From assembly GCA_041497895.1 (NCBI GenBank), contig JBGQHJ010000102.1, positions 1 through 17,580 on the forward strand: a stretch of 17,580 nucleotides of DNA. The letters run 5' to 3'. The translations under genes were made by a program, and so were the position numbers. The notes beneath the pieces were generated by a model, which did not search any database, was not told the DNA's origin, and saw nothing but the letters and a program-made list of their open reading frames with translations. Source of the DNA: Candidatus Methylomirabilia bacterium. Lineage in GTDB: Bacteria; Methylomirabilota; Methylomirabilia; Rokubacteriales; CSP1-6. Positions 1 to 10,009 of this stretch are shown here, one piece after another; within the stretch, counting starts at the first letter, position 1, and the number at the start of each line of letters is the position of its first letter.

Positions 1-2
1 CG

Positions 3-473
3 ATGCTGCTCGCCGAGGCGCAGGAGGCCACCGGCGATCGTGCCGCCGCGCTCGAGACCTACACGCGCGTGGCCGCCACGGGTACCGCGAAAGAGAAGGC
101 GTCGGGGCTGCTGGGGCAGGGGCGGCTCCTCGCCGCCGACGGCAAGTGGGACGAGGCGCGCGGGCGGCTCGAGCAGGCGCTCGACGTCGGGGACGGGGCA
201 GTGGCCGCGGAGGCGGCCTATCGTCTGGGCGAGGGGTTCCGGGCGACCGGCAAGGCGCAGGACGCGGCCGACATGTACATGACCGCGGCCTACCTCACCG
301 CCGATTCGCCGTGGGCGCGCCGCGCGCTCGTGGGCGCCGGCCAGGCCTTCACCGCGCTCAAGCAGAACGACGCCGCGGTGATCGTGTACCGGAAGCTGCT
401 CGCGACGAACGGGGTCGAGCCCGACCTGGCCGAGGCGGCGCGCCGCGGCCTCCGCGCCCTCGGCGCTTCCTGA
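3..473 (+). CDS. Tetratricopeptide-repeat protein, C-terminal part (5' end probably outside window)
   Basis: Successive ~34-37 aa helical-hairpin repeats with TPR-like residues (GLLGQGRLL..GKWDEARGRLEQAL; AAYRLGEGF..GKAQDAADMY; ALVGAGQAF..KQNDAAVIVYRKLL); frame open from the window edge; TGA at 471-473. Confidence 0.85.
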   Translation: MLLAEAQEATGDRAAALETYTRVAATGTAKEKASGLLGQGRLLAADGKWDEARGRLEQALDVGDGAVAAEAAYRLGEGFRATGKAQDAADMYMTAAYLTADSPWARRALVGAGQAFTALKQNDAAVIVYRKLLATNGVEPDLAEAARRGLRALGAS

Positions 474-477
474 ATCT

Positions 478-557
478 CCCTCTCCCCGGAGGGGAGAGGG
501 CAGGGTGAGGGGCCCTAAGGTGAGGGGCCCTACGGTGAGGGGCCCTGGGGTGAGGGC
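478..557. repeat. REP-like palindrome (CCCTCTCCCC-GGA-GGGGAGAGGG) followed by ~3.6 tandem copies of a 15-bp unit GGTGAGGGGCCCTNN
   Basis: Perfect 10-bp inverted repeat 478-487/491-500; tandem units at 504-518, 519-533, 534-548 and a partial at 549-557; lies between two convergent stop codons. Confidence 0.85.
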
Positions 558-1106
558 TCACCTCACCGCAGCAGTGGTCGGAATCGCCGCCACCACCGCG
601 TCGAGATCCGCGTTGTCCCCCGCGAAGCTGTCCCGCCACTCGTAGCGGAGCCGATCGCCCGGCCCCAGCACGAACGTCCCGCCCTGCTGGGCCACGTCGC
701 CCTGCCGCGCGCCCTGCCGAAATCCCTGCGCGAACGCGATCACGCCCTTCAGGACCGAGCGCGGGTGATAGGTGCTGGCCCAGCCGTGCACGAGCCCGGC
801 GGTCCGGAAGGCGCGCAGCGACGGGTCCACGTAGAGGAGGCCCGCATAGCCGGTGGCCTGCCGGAAGGCGGCGATGTGCTGGGGCCGGGCCGGCCCCACC
901 ACCACGATCGTGGCGCCGCGCCGCTCGATCTCCGGCAGCCGTGCCATCAGGCCAGCGACCTGCTGGCGGCAGAACAGTCAGCCGAAGTGGCGGACGAAGG
1001 CCAGCACCACCGGCCGCTCGGCCCAGAGCCCCTTGAGCGGCACCACCACGCCGCTCTCGTCCAGCACGGTGAGCTGGGCCAGCGCGGCCGCGAGCAGATC
1101 GTCCAT
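558..1106 (-). CDS. AhpC/TSA-like (PRXL2/SelL-type) thioredoxin-fold redoxin, probable selenoprotein with UxxC motif (Sec codon TGA at 980-978)
   Basis: Reading - strand from ATG 1106: MDDLLAAALAQLTVLDESGVVVPLKGLWAERPVVLAFVRHFG-TGA-LFCRQQVAGL, continuing in frame into the listed 947..558 ORF (..LYVDPSLRAFR..QQGGTFVLGPG..). TGA occupies the first Cys position of the family RHFGCxxC motif. 182 aa; alternative ATG at 1115 has a GGAGG 9 nt upstream. Confidence 0.9.
942..971 (-). promoter_or_regulatory. Putative bacterial SECIS stem-loop immediately 3' of the Sec UGA
   Basis: mRNA after UGA: CUGUUC-UGCC-GCCAGC-AGGUC-GCUGGC-CUGAU-GGCA. 6-bp upper stem (967-962/956-951), G-containing 5-nt loop beginning 16 nt after UGA, lower stem UGCC/GGCA. 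Confidence 0.7.
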
Positions 1107-1113
1107 GCGATGC

Positions 1114-1143
1114 ATTGTAACCGGCCTCCATTCTCACTAAAAT
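1114..1143. promoter_or_regulatory. Overlapping divergent sigma-70-type promoters for the AOR operon (+) and the selenoprotein (-)
   Basis: + strand TTGTAA (1115-1120)-17 nt-TAAAAT (1138-1143); - strand TACAAT (1119-1114) ending 7 nt before ATG 1106. AT-rich island in very GC-rich DNA. Confidence 0.6.
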
Positions 1144-1153
1144 GGGCCGCGCC

Positions 1154-2971
1154 ATGCGGGGATACGGCGGGCGGATCCTCTTCGTCGACGTGACCACCGG
1201 CGCGAGCCGCGTCGAGCCCGTCCCGGAGACGCTGGCCCGGAGCCTGCTCGGCGGCAACGGCTTCGCGGCGCGCCTCCTCCTCGACCACGTGCCGCCCGGC
1301 GTCGACGCGTATGACCCCGCGAACGCGGTGATCTTCGCGGTGGGCCCGGTCACCGACACCACCGTGCCGGGCAACAGCCGCGCCTGCGTGGCCGGCAAGT
1401 CGCCCCTGACCGGGCTCTTCTTCGACTCCACCTTCGGCGGGCGCTTCCCGGCCACCATGAAGCGCACCGGCTTCGACGCCATCGTGATCACCGGGTGCGC
1501 GGCGGAGCCGGTCTACGTCAAGGTCACCGAGGCCGGGGCGGAGCTCCGGCCCGCGCGCTCGCTCTGGGGCCAGACCACCCGCGACACGGTGCAGGCCATC
1601 CACGCGGTGGAGGGCGGCGACGCCGACGTGATGGCCATCGGGCCCGGCGGCGAGCGCCTGGTGCGCTTCTCGGCGATGGGCACCTACTGGAAGAACCGCG
1701 AGGCCTTCGCGGGGCGCGGTGGCCTGGCCTCGGTGCTGGGCAGCAAGCGGGTCAAGGCGGTGGTGGTGGCGGGCGCGCGCAAGACCGAGGTGGCCGACCC
1801 GGCCGCGCTCAAGGCGCTGCTCGAACAGCAGCGCGAGCCGCTCAAGACCGGCACCAAGGCGCTCTCCACCTACGGCACCCCGTTCTTGGTGAAGCCGATC
1901 AACACCCTGGGCGCGCTCGGCTCCTATAACCTGCGCCAGGAGGTCTTCGCGGACGCGGTGGCGATCTCCGGCGAGGAGATGCACGCCCACTTCCACGACC
2001 GGGACACCACCTGTCTCAAGTGCCCGGTGGCCTGCGGCAAGCAATACGAAATCCGCGAGGGCGAGCTCGCCGGCCTCAAAGCCAAGATGCCGGAGTACGA
2101 GACGATCTTCGCCTTCGGCTCCATGCTCGGCAACGCCCACGCGGGCTCGCTCGCGCGGGCCAACGATCTCTGCGATCTGCTCGGGCTCGACACCATCAGC
2201 ATGGGGGTGACGCTCGCCTTCGTGTGCGAGGCGGTCGAGCGCGGCTGGCTCACCGAGCGCGAGCTGGGGCTGCCGTTCGGCTGGGGCGACTGGCGCGGGA
2301 TGCTGCGCCTGGTCGAGATGACCGCGATGCGCGAGGGCTTCGGCGACCGGCTGGCCGAGGGGGCGTGGCGGCTCGCGGAGTCGGTGCACCCGGAGGCCAC
2401 GCGGCTGGTCTACGCGGTCAAGCGGCTCGAGCTGCCGGCGCACTCCGCGCGCGCGCTCAAGGGCATGTCGATCGGCTACGCCACCGCCACCCGCGGCGGC
2501 AGCCACCACGACACGCGGCCCACGCCCCAGTACGCGCAGAACTTCGACCGGCGGAGCCCCGACGGCAAGCCCGAGTTCGCGGTGCGGAGCCAGCACTTCA
2601 CCGCGGTGGACGACTCGCTCGTCCTCTGCCGCTTCACCTCCGAGCGCGGCTTCGGCCTCTACGTCGACGAGCCCTACGCCCGCATGGTTCGCGCGATCAC
2701 CGGCTGGGACATGACGGTGGAGGAGCTCGAGCGGGTGGGCGAGCGCGTGATCAACCTGGAGCGGCTCTTCAACGTGCGCGAGGGCGTGCGCCGGCAGGAC
2801 GACGCGCTGCCCTGGCGGGTGATGCACGAGCCCATCCCCGACGGGCCGTCCGCCGGCGCCTACTGCCCGCCGGAAGAGCTCGACCGGATGCTCGATCGCT
2901 ACTACGCGCTCCGGGGCTGGGACGCCGACGGTGTGCCGACGCCGGGGCGCCTCGCCGCCCTCGGCCTCTAA
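1154..2971 (+). CDS. Aldehyde:ferredoxin oxidoreductase family protein (tungsto-bispterin, 4Fe-4S)
   Basis: N-terminal MRGYGGRILFVD, KSPLTG, STFGGRF..MKRTGFDAI, IGPGGE, AGRGGLASVLGSKRVKA, CLKCPVAC, PEYET, DLLGLDTISMG, DSLVLCRF, ERLFNVREG, YYALRGWD..GVPT. ATG 1154 preferred because ATG 1142 lies inside the -10 element. Confidence 0.95.
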   Translation: MRGYGGRILFVDVTTGASRVEPVPETLARSLLGGNGFAARLLLDHVPPGVDAYDPANAVIFAVGPVTDTTVPGNSRACVAGKSPLTGLFFDSTFGGRFPATMKRTGFDAIVITGCAAEPVYVKVTEAGAELRPARSLWGQTTRDTVQAIHAVEGGDADVMAIGPGGERLVRFSAMGTYWKNREAFAGRGGLASVLGSKRVKAVVVAGARKTEVADPAALKALLEQQREPLKTGTKALSTYGTPFLVKPINTLGALGSYNLRQEVFADAVAISGEEMHAHFHDRDTTCLKCPVACGKQYEIREGELAGLKAKMPEYETIFAFGSMLGNAHAGSLARANDLCDLLGLDTISMGVTLAFVCEAVERGWLTERELGLPFGWGDWRGMLRLVEMTAMREGFGDRLAEGAWRLAESVHPEATRLVYAVKRLELPAHSARALKGMSIGYATATRGGSHHDTRPTPQYAQNFDRRSPDGKPEFAVRSQHFTAVDDSLVLCRFTSERGFGLYVDEPYARMVRAITGWDMTVEELERVGERVINLERLFNVREGVRRQDDALPWRVMHEPIPDGPSAGAYCPPEELDRMLDRYYALRGWDADGVPTPGRLAALGL

Positions 2972-2988
2972 CCCCCGCGAGGTCCACC

Positions 2989-4944
2989 ATGCCGGTCACC
3001 CGCTTCGACGTCACGCTGCGCCGCCCGCTGGCCGGCTTCCCGGGCTACGAGGAGCTGAAGGGACGGCTGCACTTCGCCATCGACCCGCTCCACGCGGCGA
3101 ACCTCCGCATCACGGACGTGGCGCTGGCCCCGCGCGACGCGACCGGGCGGGTCACGTGGGACTCGGACGTGTCCATCCTCCTGCCGGTGGACCGCGCGCG
3201 ATGCGCCGGCCGTGTTCTTCTGGATGTCGTCAACCGCGGCAACACGGTGGCGGTGCCCAACTTCAACCGCGCCACCCGGCCCGCCTTCGGGCCCGGGTCG
3301 GACCCGAACCCGCCGGTCGACGTGGGCGACGGTTTCCTGATGAAGCGCGGCTGGGTCGTCATCTCCTGCGGCTGGCAGGGAGACCTGCCGCGCGTGCCCG
3401 GACTCATCGGCATGCGCACGCCGGAGGCGCGGGACGCGCAGGGTCGCCCGCTGCGCGGGCGCATCTACACGCAGGTGCAGTCGACCGGGCCCGTCGCCGA
3501 CTTCCTGCTCTCCGACCGTGGCCACGTGCCGTATCCGGCCGCCGACCTCGAGGAGCGGGACGCGCTCCTCACCGTGCGCGATCAGCCCGACGGGCCGGCC
3601 ACCACGATCCCGCGCGAGCGCTGGCGCTTCGCCCGGAGCGAGGGCGGACGCGTCGTCCCCGACGCCGGGCACGTCCACCTCGCCGGCGGCTTCGAGAAGG
3701 GCCGGCTCTACCAGGTGACCTACACCGCGGAGGGTGCGCCGGTGCAGGGGCTCTCGATGGCCGCGCTCCGCGAGGCGGTGGCGTGGCTCAAGCACGGCGG
3801 CGCGGCCGAGGGTAACCCGGCGCCCGGCCGCTTGCGGTGGGCCTACGCCTACGGCCGCTCGCAGACCGGGCGGCTGCTCCGGACCCTGATCTACGAGGAC
3901 CTCAACCTGGACGAGCAGGGGCGCGAGGCCCTCGACGGCGTGCTCGCCAACGTGGCCGGCGGCATGCGGGGCGAGTTCAACCAGCGCTTCGGCCAGCACT
4001 CGAAGGACCGCAACAACATGATGGCGCACCTCTTCCCGTTCACCGACCAGCCGGCGGTGGATCCGGACACCGGCGCCAAGGACGCCCTGCACGCGCGGCT
4101 CGACGCCCGGGGCAGCCGGCTGCGCGTGTACTACACCAACACCTCCGCCGAGTACCATCGCGGCGACGCCTCGCTGATCCACACCGATCCCGACGGCCAG
4201 CGGGACGCCGCCCCCGGCCCGCATACGCGCGTCTACCACTTCGCGGGCACCGAGCACGGCCTCGGCATCTGGCCGCCGACCGACACCCAGACCGCGCCCG
4301 CCGATCCGACCGGGCCCGTCGAGCGCTCGCAGAATCTCCGGAGCGTCGTGGACTACTCCCCGCTGCTGCGCGCCTGCCTGGTGCACCTCGACCGCTGGGT
4401 GGTCGAGGGGATCGAGCCGCCGCCGAGCCGGCACCCGCGCGTGGCCGACGGTACCGCGGTGCCGCCCGATCGCCTCGCCGCCGCCTTCGGGCGGATTCCC
4501 GCCGCGCGCTATCCGCGCCACAATCCGAGTCCGCGTCGGCTCGACTGGACGACGCTACCCCCGGCGCCGGGCCGCGCCTTCGGCTCGCTCGTCTCCGCGG
4601 TGGACGCCGACGGCAACGAGGTCGGCGGGATCGTGCTGCCCGAGCTGGCGGTGCCGCTCGCCGCGCACACCGGCTGGAACCTGCGGCATCCCGACATCGG
4701 TGGCGGCGAGCAGCTCCTGGTCTTCGCGGGCGCGACCATCCCGTTCGCGCGCACCCGCGCCGAGCGCGACGGTTCCGGCGACCCGCGGCCGTCCATCGCG
4801 GAGCGCTACGCCTCGCGCGAGGCCTATCTCGACCGCGTCCGCGAGGCGGCGCACGCGCTGGCCCGGGACGGTTACCTCCTCCCGGACGACGTCCCGCTGT
4901 CGGTGGCCGCGGCCGGACGCTGGTGGGACCACTTCACCCGCTGA
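2989..4944 (+). CDS. Alpha/beta-hydrolase domain-containing protein (Abhydrolase_10-like), 651 aa
   Basis: True start ATG 2989 after GAGG; motifs YEELKGRLHFAIDP, DVVNRG, GWQGD, nucleophile-elbow-like AYGRSQTGRLLR, FNQRFGQ, TNTSAEY, YHFAGTEH, VDADGNEVGGI, TGWN, GDPRPSIAERY. No evident signal peptide. Confidence 0.8.
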   Translation: MPVTRFDVTLRRPLAGFPGYEELKGRLHFAIDPLHAANLRITDVALAPRDATGRVTWDSDVSILLPVDRARCAGRVLLDVVNRGNTVAVPNFNRATRPAFGPGSDPNPPVDVGDGFLMKRGWVVISCGWQGDLPRVPGLIGMRTPEARDAQGRPLRGRIYTQVQSTGPVADFLLSDRGHVPYPAADLEERDALLTVRDQPDGPATTIPRERWRFARSEGGRVVPDAGHVHLAGGFEKGRLYQVTYTAEGAPVQGLSMAALREAVAWLKHGGAAEGNPAPGRLRWAYAYGRSQTGRLLRTLIYEDLNLDEQGREALDGVLANVAGGMRGEFNQRFGQHSKDRNNMMAHLFPFTDQPAVDPDTGAKDALHARLDARGSRLRVYYTNTSAEYHRGDASLIHTDPDGQRDAAPGPHTRVYHFAGTEHGLGIWPPTDTQTAPADPTGPVERSQNLRSVVDYSPLLRACLVHLDRWVVEGIEPPPSRHPRVADGTAVPPDRLAAAFGRIPAARYPRHNPSPRRLDWTTLPPAPGRAFGSLVSAVDADGNEVGGIVLPELAVPLAAHTGWNLRHPDIGGGEQLLVFAGATIPFARTRAERDGSGDPRPSIAERYASREAYLDRVREAAHALARDGYLLPDDVPLSVAAAGRWWDHFTR

Positions 4945-4961
4945 TCGATCGGAGACTTCCC

Positions 4962-6173
4962 ATGTACGATCTCCTCCTCAAGGGCGGCGCCGTGCTGGAT
5001 CCTTCCTCCCAGCTCGACGGAGCGATGGACGTGGCGGTGGAGAAGGGCGCGATCGCCCGCATCGCGCCGCAGATCGCGGAGGCCGAGGCCGCGCGTACCA
5101 TCGACGTGCGGGGCAAGACGGTCACGCCCGGGCTGATCGACCTGCACGCGCACGTGTTCGAGGGCTTCAACCGCACCGGGGTGAACCCGGACCTGGGCGG
5201 CGTCTACGCGGGCGTCACCACCATCGTGGACGCGGGGAGCGCGGGGTCGGCCACCTTCGGAGGCTTCCCGCGCCACATCCTCCCCCATTGCCACACCGAG
5301 GTGATCCCGTTCCTGCACATCTGCTCGACCGGGCTCGCGACGCTGCCCGACATCATCGCAGAGTCGAGCGTCAACCTCGACGACACCCTCAAGGTGGTGG
5401 ACCAGCACCGGGGGCTGATCCGCGGCATCAAGGCGCGCATGGTCTCGCCCGCGCTCGAGATCATGGGCATGGAGATGCCGCGCCTGGCCAAGCGGGCGGC
5501 CAAGGAGAGCGGGGTGAAGCTGATGGTGCACATCGGCGACACCGAGAAGCGCTACGATCCGAAGGTGATCCGCTCGCTGCTGCCGCTGCTCGAGCAGGGA
5601 GACATCCTCACCCACTACTTCACCGCCAACCCGGGCGGCGTGCTCGACGGCAACGGCAAGCTGGTGCCCGAGGTGCGCGAGGCCGCCGACCGCGGGGTGT
5701 GGTTCGACACCGCGCACGGGCGCATGAACTTCAGCTTCGACGTGGGCCGTCGCGTGATCGAGCAGGGCGTGCTCCCGCACTGCATCAGCACCGACCTCAC
5801 CGTGCCCGGCCGCGTCATGACCGTGCACAGCATGACCGAGATGATGACGCGCTTCCTCGGCCTGGGCTTCACGCTGCCGCAGGTGGTGACCATGTGCACC
5901 GCGAACCCGGCGAAGGCCGCCGGCGTCGCGGAGCGCCTGGGCAGCCTCGCGGTGGGCCGGCAGGCCGACATCTCGGTGCTCGACGTCCGGCCGGGCGACT
6001 GGATGGTGTACGACGTCCTGGGCGCCGGCCTGCGGGTGGACCGGGCGGTGGTGCCATTCGTGACCGTCAAGAAGGGGCGAGTGTTCACGCCGGACTGGGG
6101 GCCGCGCTCGTGGGGCTGGGAGCCCGACCGCGCGCTGCCCGCGGGTGGCCCGATCCGCGGAGGGTGCTGCTGA
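4962..6173 (+). CDS. Amidohydrolase/deacetylase family metallohydrolase (dihydroorotase-like, EF_0837/Atu3266 type)
   Basis: ATG 4962 after GGAGA; PGLIDLHAH (HxH), GVTTIVDAGSAG, GIKAR (carboxylated Lys), MVHIG, LTHYF, DTAHG, ISTDL, TANPAK, GRQADISV. Confidence 0.9.
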   Translation: MYDLLLKGGAVLDPSSQLDGAMDVAVEKGAIARIAPQIAEAEAARTIDVRGKTVTPGLIDLHAHVFEGFNRTGVNPDLGGVYAGVTTIVDAGSAGSATFGGFPRHILPHCHTEVIPFLHICSTGLATLPDIIAESSVNLDDTLKVVDQHRGLIRGIKARMVSPALEIMGMEMPRLAKRAAKESGVKLMVHIGDTEKRYDPKVIRSLLPLLEQGDILTHYFTANPGGVLDGNGKLVPEVREAADRGVWFDTAHGRMNFSFDVGRRVIEQGVLPHCISTDLTVPGRVMTVHSMTEMMTRFLGLGFTLPQVVTMCTANPAKAAGVAERLGSLAVGRQADISVLDVRPGDWMVYDVLGAGLRVDRAVVPFVTVKKGRVFTPDWGPRSWGWEPDRALPAGGPIRGGCC

Positions 6174-6247
6174 AGCGGCGGCCGCTACGGCCGCGCCCCG
6201 GAGCGCGCGCGACGTGGCCGGGGCCAGCCGGGGGCTGAGACCTCCCG

Positions 6248-8923
<2,676 letters not shown>

Positions 8924-9001
8924 GGCTCGACGTCCGGCCTGGTCTATGATGTCGGGGGCGCGGGCCGGTGGGTGATCGGCCGGCGCGGAGAGAGGCAAGG
9001 G

Positions 9002-9646
9002 ATGCTGGTGCTGCCCGAGTGGTCGAGCCTGGGATTGTTCGCGGTCGCGGCCCTGGTGCTGCTGCTGACGCCGGGTCCCGCGGTCCTCTACATCGTCACC
9101 CGGAGCATCGACCAGGGCCGGAGGGCCGGGCTCGTCTCGGTGCTGGGCGTGCACGTAGGCACCCTGGCACACATCTTCGCGGCCGCGGTCGGCCTCTCCG
9201 CGCTGCTCGCCGCCTCCGCCACCGCGTTCGGCGTGGTGAAGTACCTCGGGGCCGCCTACCTGATCTACATCGGTGTGCGCCGGCTGCGCGATCGCTCGAG
9301 CATCGTCGCGCCGGCGGCGGGGAAGCCCAAGGCGCTTCGCCGTGCGTTCCTCGACGGCGTCATCGTCAACCTGCTCAACCCGAAGACCGGCCTCTTCTTC
9401 CTGGCGTTCCTGCCCCAGTTCGTCACCGAGGACCGGGGACACATCGGCGAGCAGATCATCGCGCTCGGTGTGGTGTTCGTGCTGCTCGGCGCCGTCACCG
9501 ACTCGCTCTACGCCCTGACCGCCGGCTCCGCCGTCCGGTGGCTGCGCGGCCAGCCTCGCTTCCTGGCCGGCGAGCGCTGGATCACCGGCGGGCTCTACAT
9601 CAGCCTCGGGGTGGCGGCGGCGCTCTCGAGCGGTCACCGGAAGTAG
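9002..9646 (+). CDS. LysE/RhtB family amino-acid exporter
   Basis: LLTPGPAVLYIV, GRRAGLVSVLG, KYLGAAYLIYIG, NLLNPKTGLFFLAFLPQF; six hydrophobic helices. ATG 9002 follows a purine-rich SD region (GTG 8972 is an alternative). Confidence 0.93.
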   Translation: MLVLPEWSSLGLFAVAALVLLLTPGPAVLYIVTRSIDQGRRAGLVSVLGVHVGTLAHIFAAAVGLSALLAASATAFGVVKYLGAAYLIYIGVRRLRDRSSIVAPAAGKPKALRRAFLDGVIVNLLNPKTGLFFLAFLPQFVTEDRGHIGEQIIALGVVFVLLGAVTDSLYALTAGSAVRWLRGQPRFLAGERWITGGLYISLGVAAALSSGHRK

Positions 9647-9792
9647 CCGCGGCGGGCTCCGCCGCGACGGTCGCCGCGGGCCGGGCCCGGCGCGCGGCGG
9701 ATCCGGTCGTCGTCGTCCGGGCCCGGACCCTGCGGCTGGTCGCCCGCGTAATCGTCCGGAGCGTGCTCGTCATCGAGTCGTCGACGGTCCAT
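9634..9792 (-). CDS. Small hydrophilic hypothetical protein, 52 aa (MDRRRLDDEHAPDDYAGDQPQGPGPDDDDRIRRAPGPARGDRRGGARRGYFR)
   Basis: ATG 9792 preceded by GGGAGA (9-nt spacer) and a sigma-54 promoter at 9835-9820; overlaps the LysE 3' end by 13 bp. Confidence 0.55.
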   Translation of the reverse strand: MDRRRLDDEHAPDDYAGDQPQGPGPDDDDRIRRAPGPARGDRRGGARRGYFR

Positions 9793-9819
9793 CGTCGTGT
9801 TTCTCCCGGCTCGGGTAGG

Positions 9820-9835
9820 AGCAAGCCATGTGCCT
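9820..9835 (-). promoter_or_regulatory. Sigma-54 (-24/-12) promoter
   Basis: AGGCACATGGCTTGCT on - strand: GG-N10-GC spacing with GGCAC and TTGCT; predicted start ~9809, just upstream of the SD and ATG 9792. Confidence 0.7.
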
Positions 9836-9898
9836 GAGCGCCGTGCGAGGCCCGATGGCCGTAATCTCGTGGGCGCGCTTGTACGCCTGCCATCTCCA

Positions 9899-9925
9899 GG
9901 TAAGGAATTCCACGTAAGCTCTACC
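9899..9925. promoter_or_regulatory. Putative enhancer-binding-protein site: two imperfect GGTAA-N3-TTACC palindromes at 14-bp period
   Basis: GGTAA-GGA-ATTCC (9899-9911) and CGTAA-GCT-CTACC (9913-9925), between two divergent sigma-54 promoters. Confidence 0.45.
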
Positions 9926-9968
9926 GTCTGAGGAGAAGCGGCTCCCAGGTTCGCGCACCGGGGGGAGC

Positions 9969-9984
9969 CGGCACACCACTTGCT
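9969..9984 (+). promoter_or_regulatory. Sigma-54 (-24/-12) promoter
   Basis: CGGCACACCACTTGCT: GG-N10-GC with GGCAC and TTGCT; predicted start ~9995, followed by AGGAGGGAG SD and ATG 10010. Confidence 0.72.
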
Positions 9985-10009
9985 CTCATGTGAGCCAGGA
10001 GGGAGATCG

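Noticed and set aside
504..557. Tandem repeats as a CRISPR array
   Set aside because: The unit is 15 bp with only 2 variable bases; there are no spacers and no cas genes.
558..1106. Redoxin as a nonsense pseudogene
   Set aside because: The only interruption is a TGA exactly at the catalytic Cys position, followed by a SECIS-like hairpin; no other decay is visible. Sec recoding is more parsimonious.
947..2827. Long antisense and alternate-frame ORFs (e.g. 947..2827 -, 2968..4521 -, 7904..9637 -, 12169..13386 -, 14661..15866 -)
   Set aside because: Shadow ORFs expected from high GC3 codon bias; they overlap well-supported genes and lack family motifs.
2020..2988. N-terminal extensions making 974-aa, 778-aa and 847-aa apparent fusion proteins (2020.., 3837.., 12213..)
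   Set aside because: The extensions are Arg/Ala/Gly-rich off-frame readings of upstream genes; real starts with SD or stop-start coupling are at 2989, 4962 and 13995.
6171..6194. Sec read-through of the amidohydrolase stop (GGCC-U)
   Set aside because: The hairpin loop is only ~10-11 nt from the UGA, and the read-through sequence is low-complexity and runs out of frame into the kinase gene; TGA is also the commonest stop in this window.
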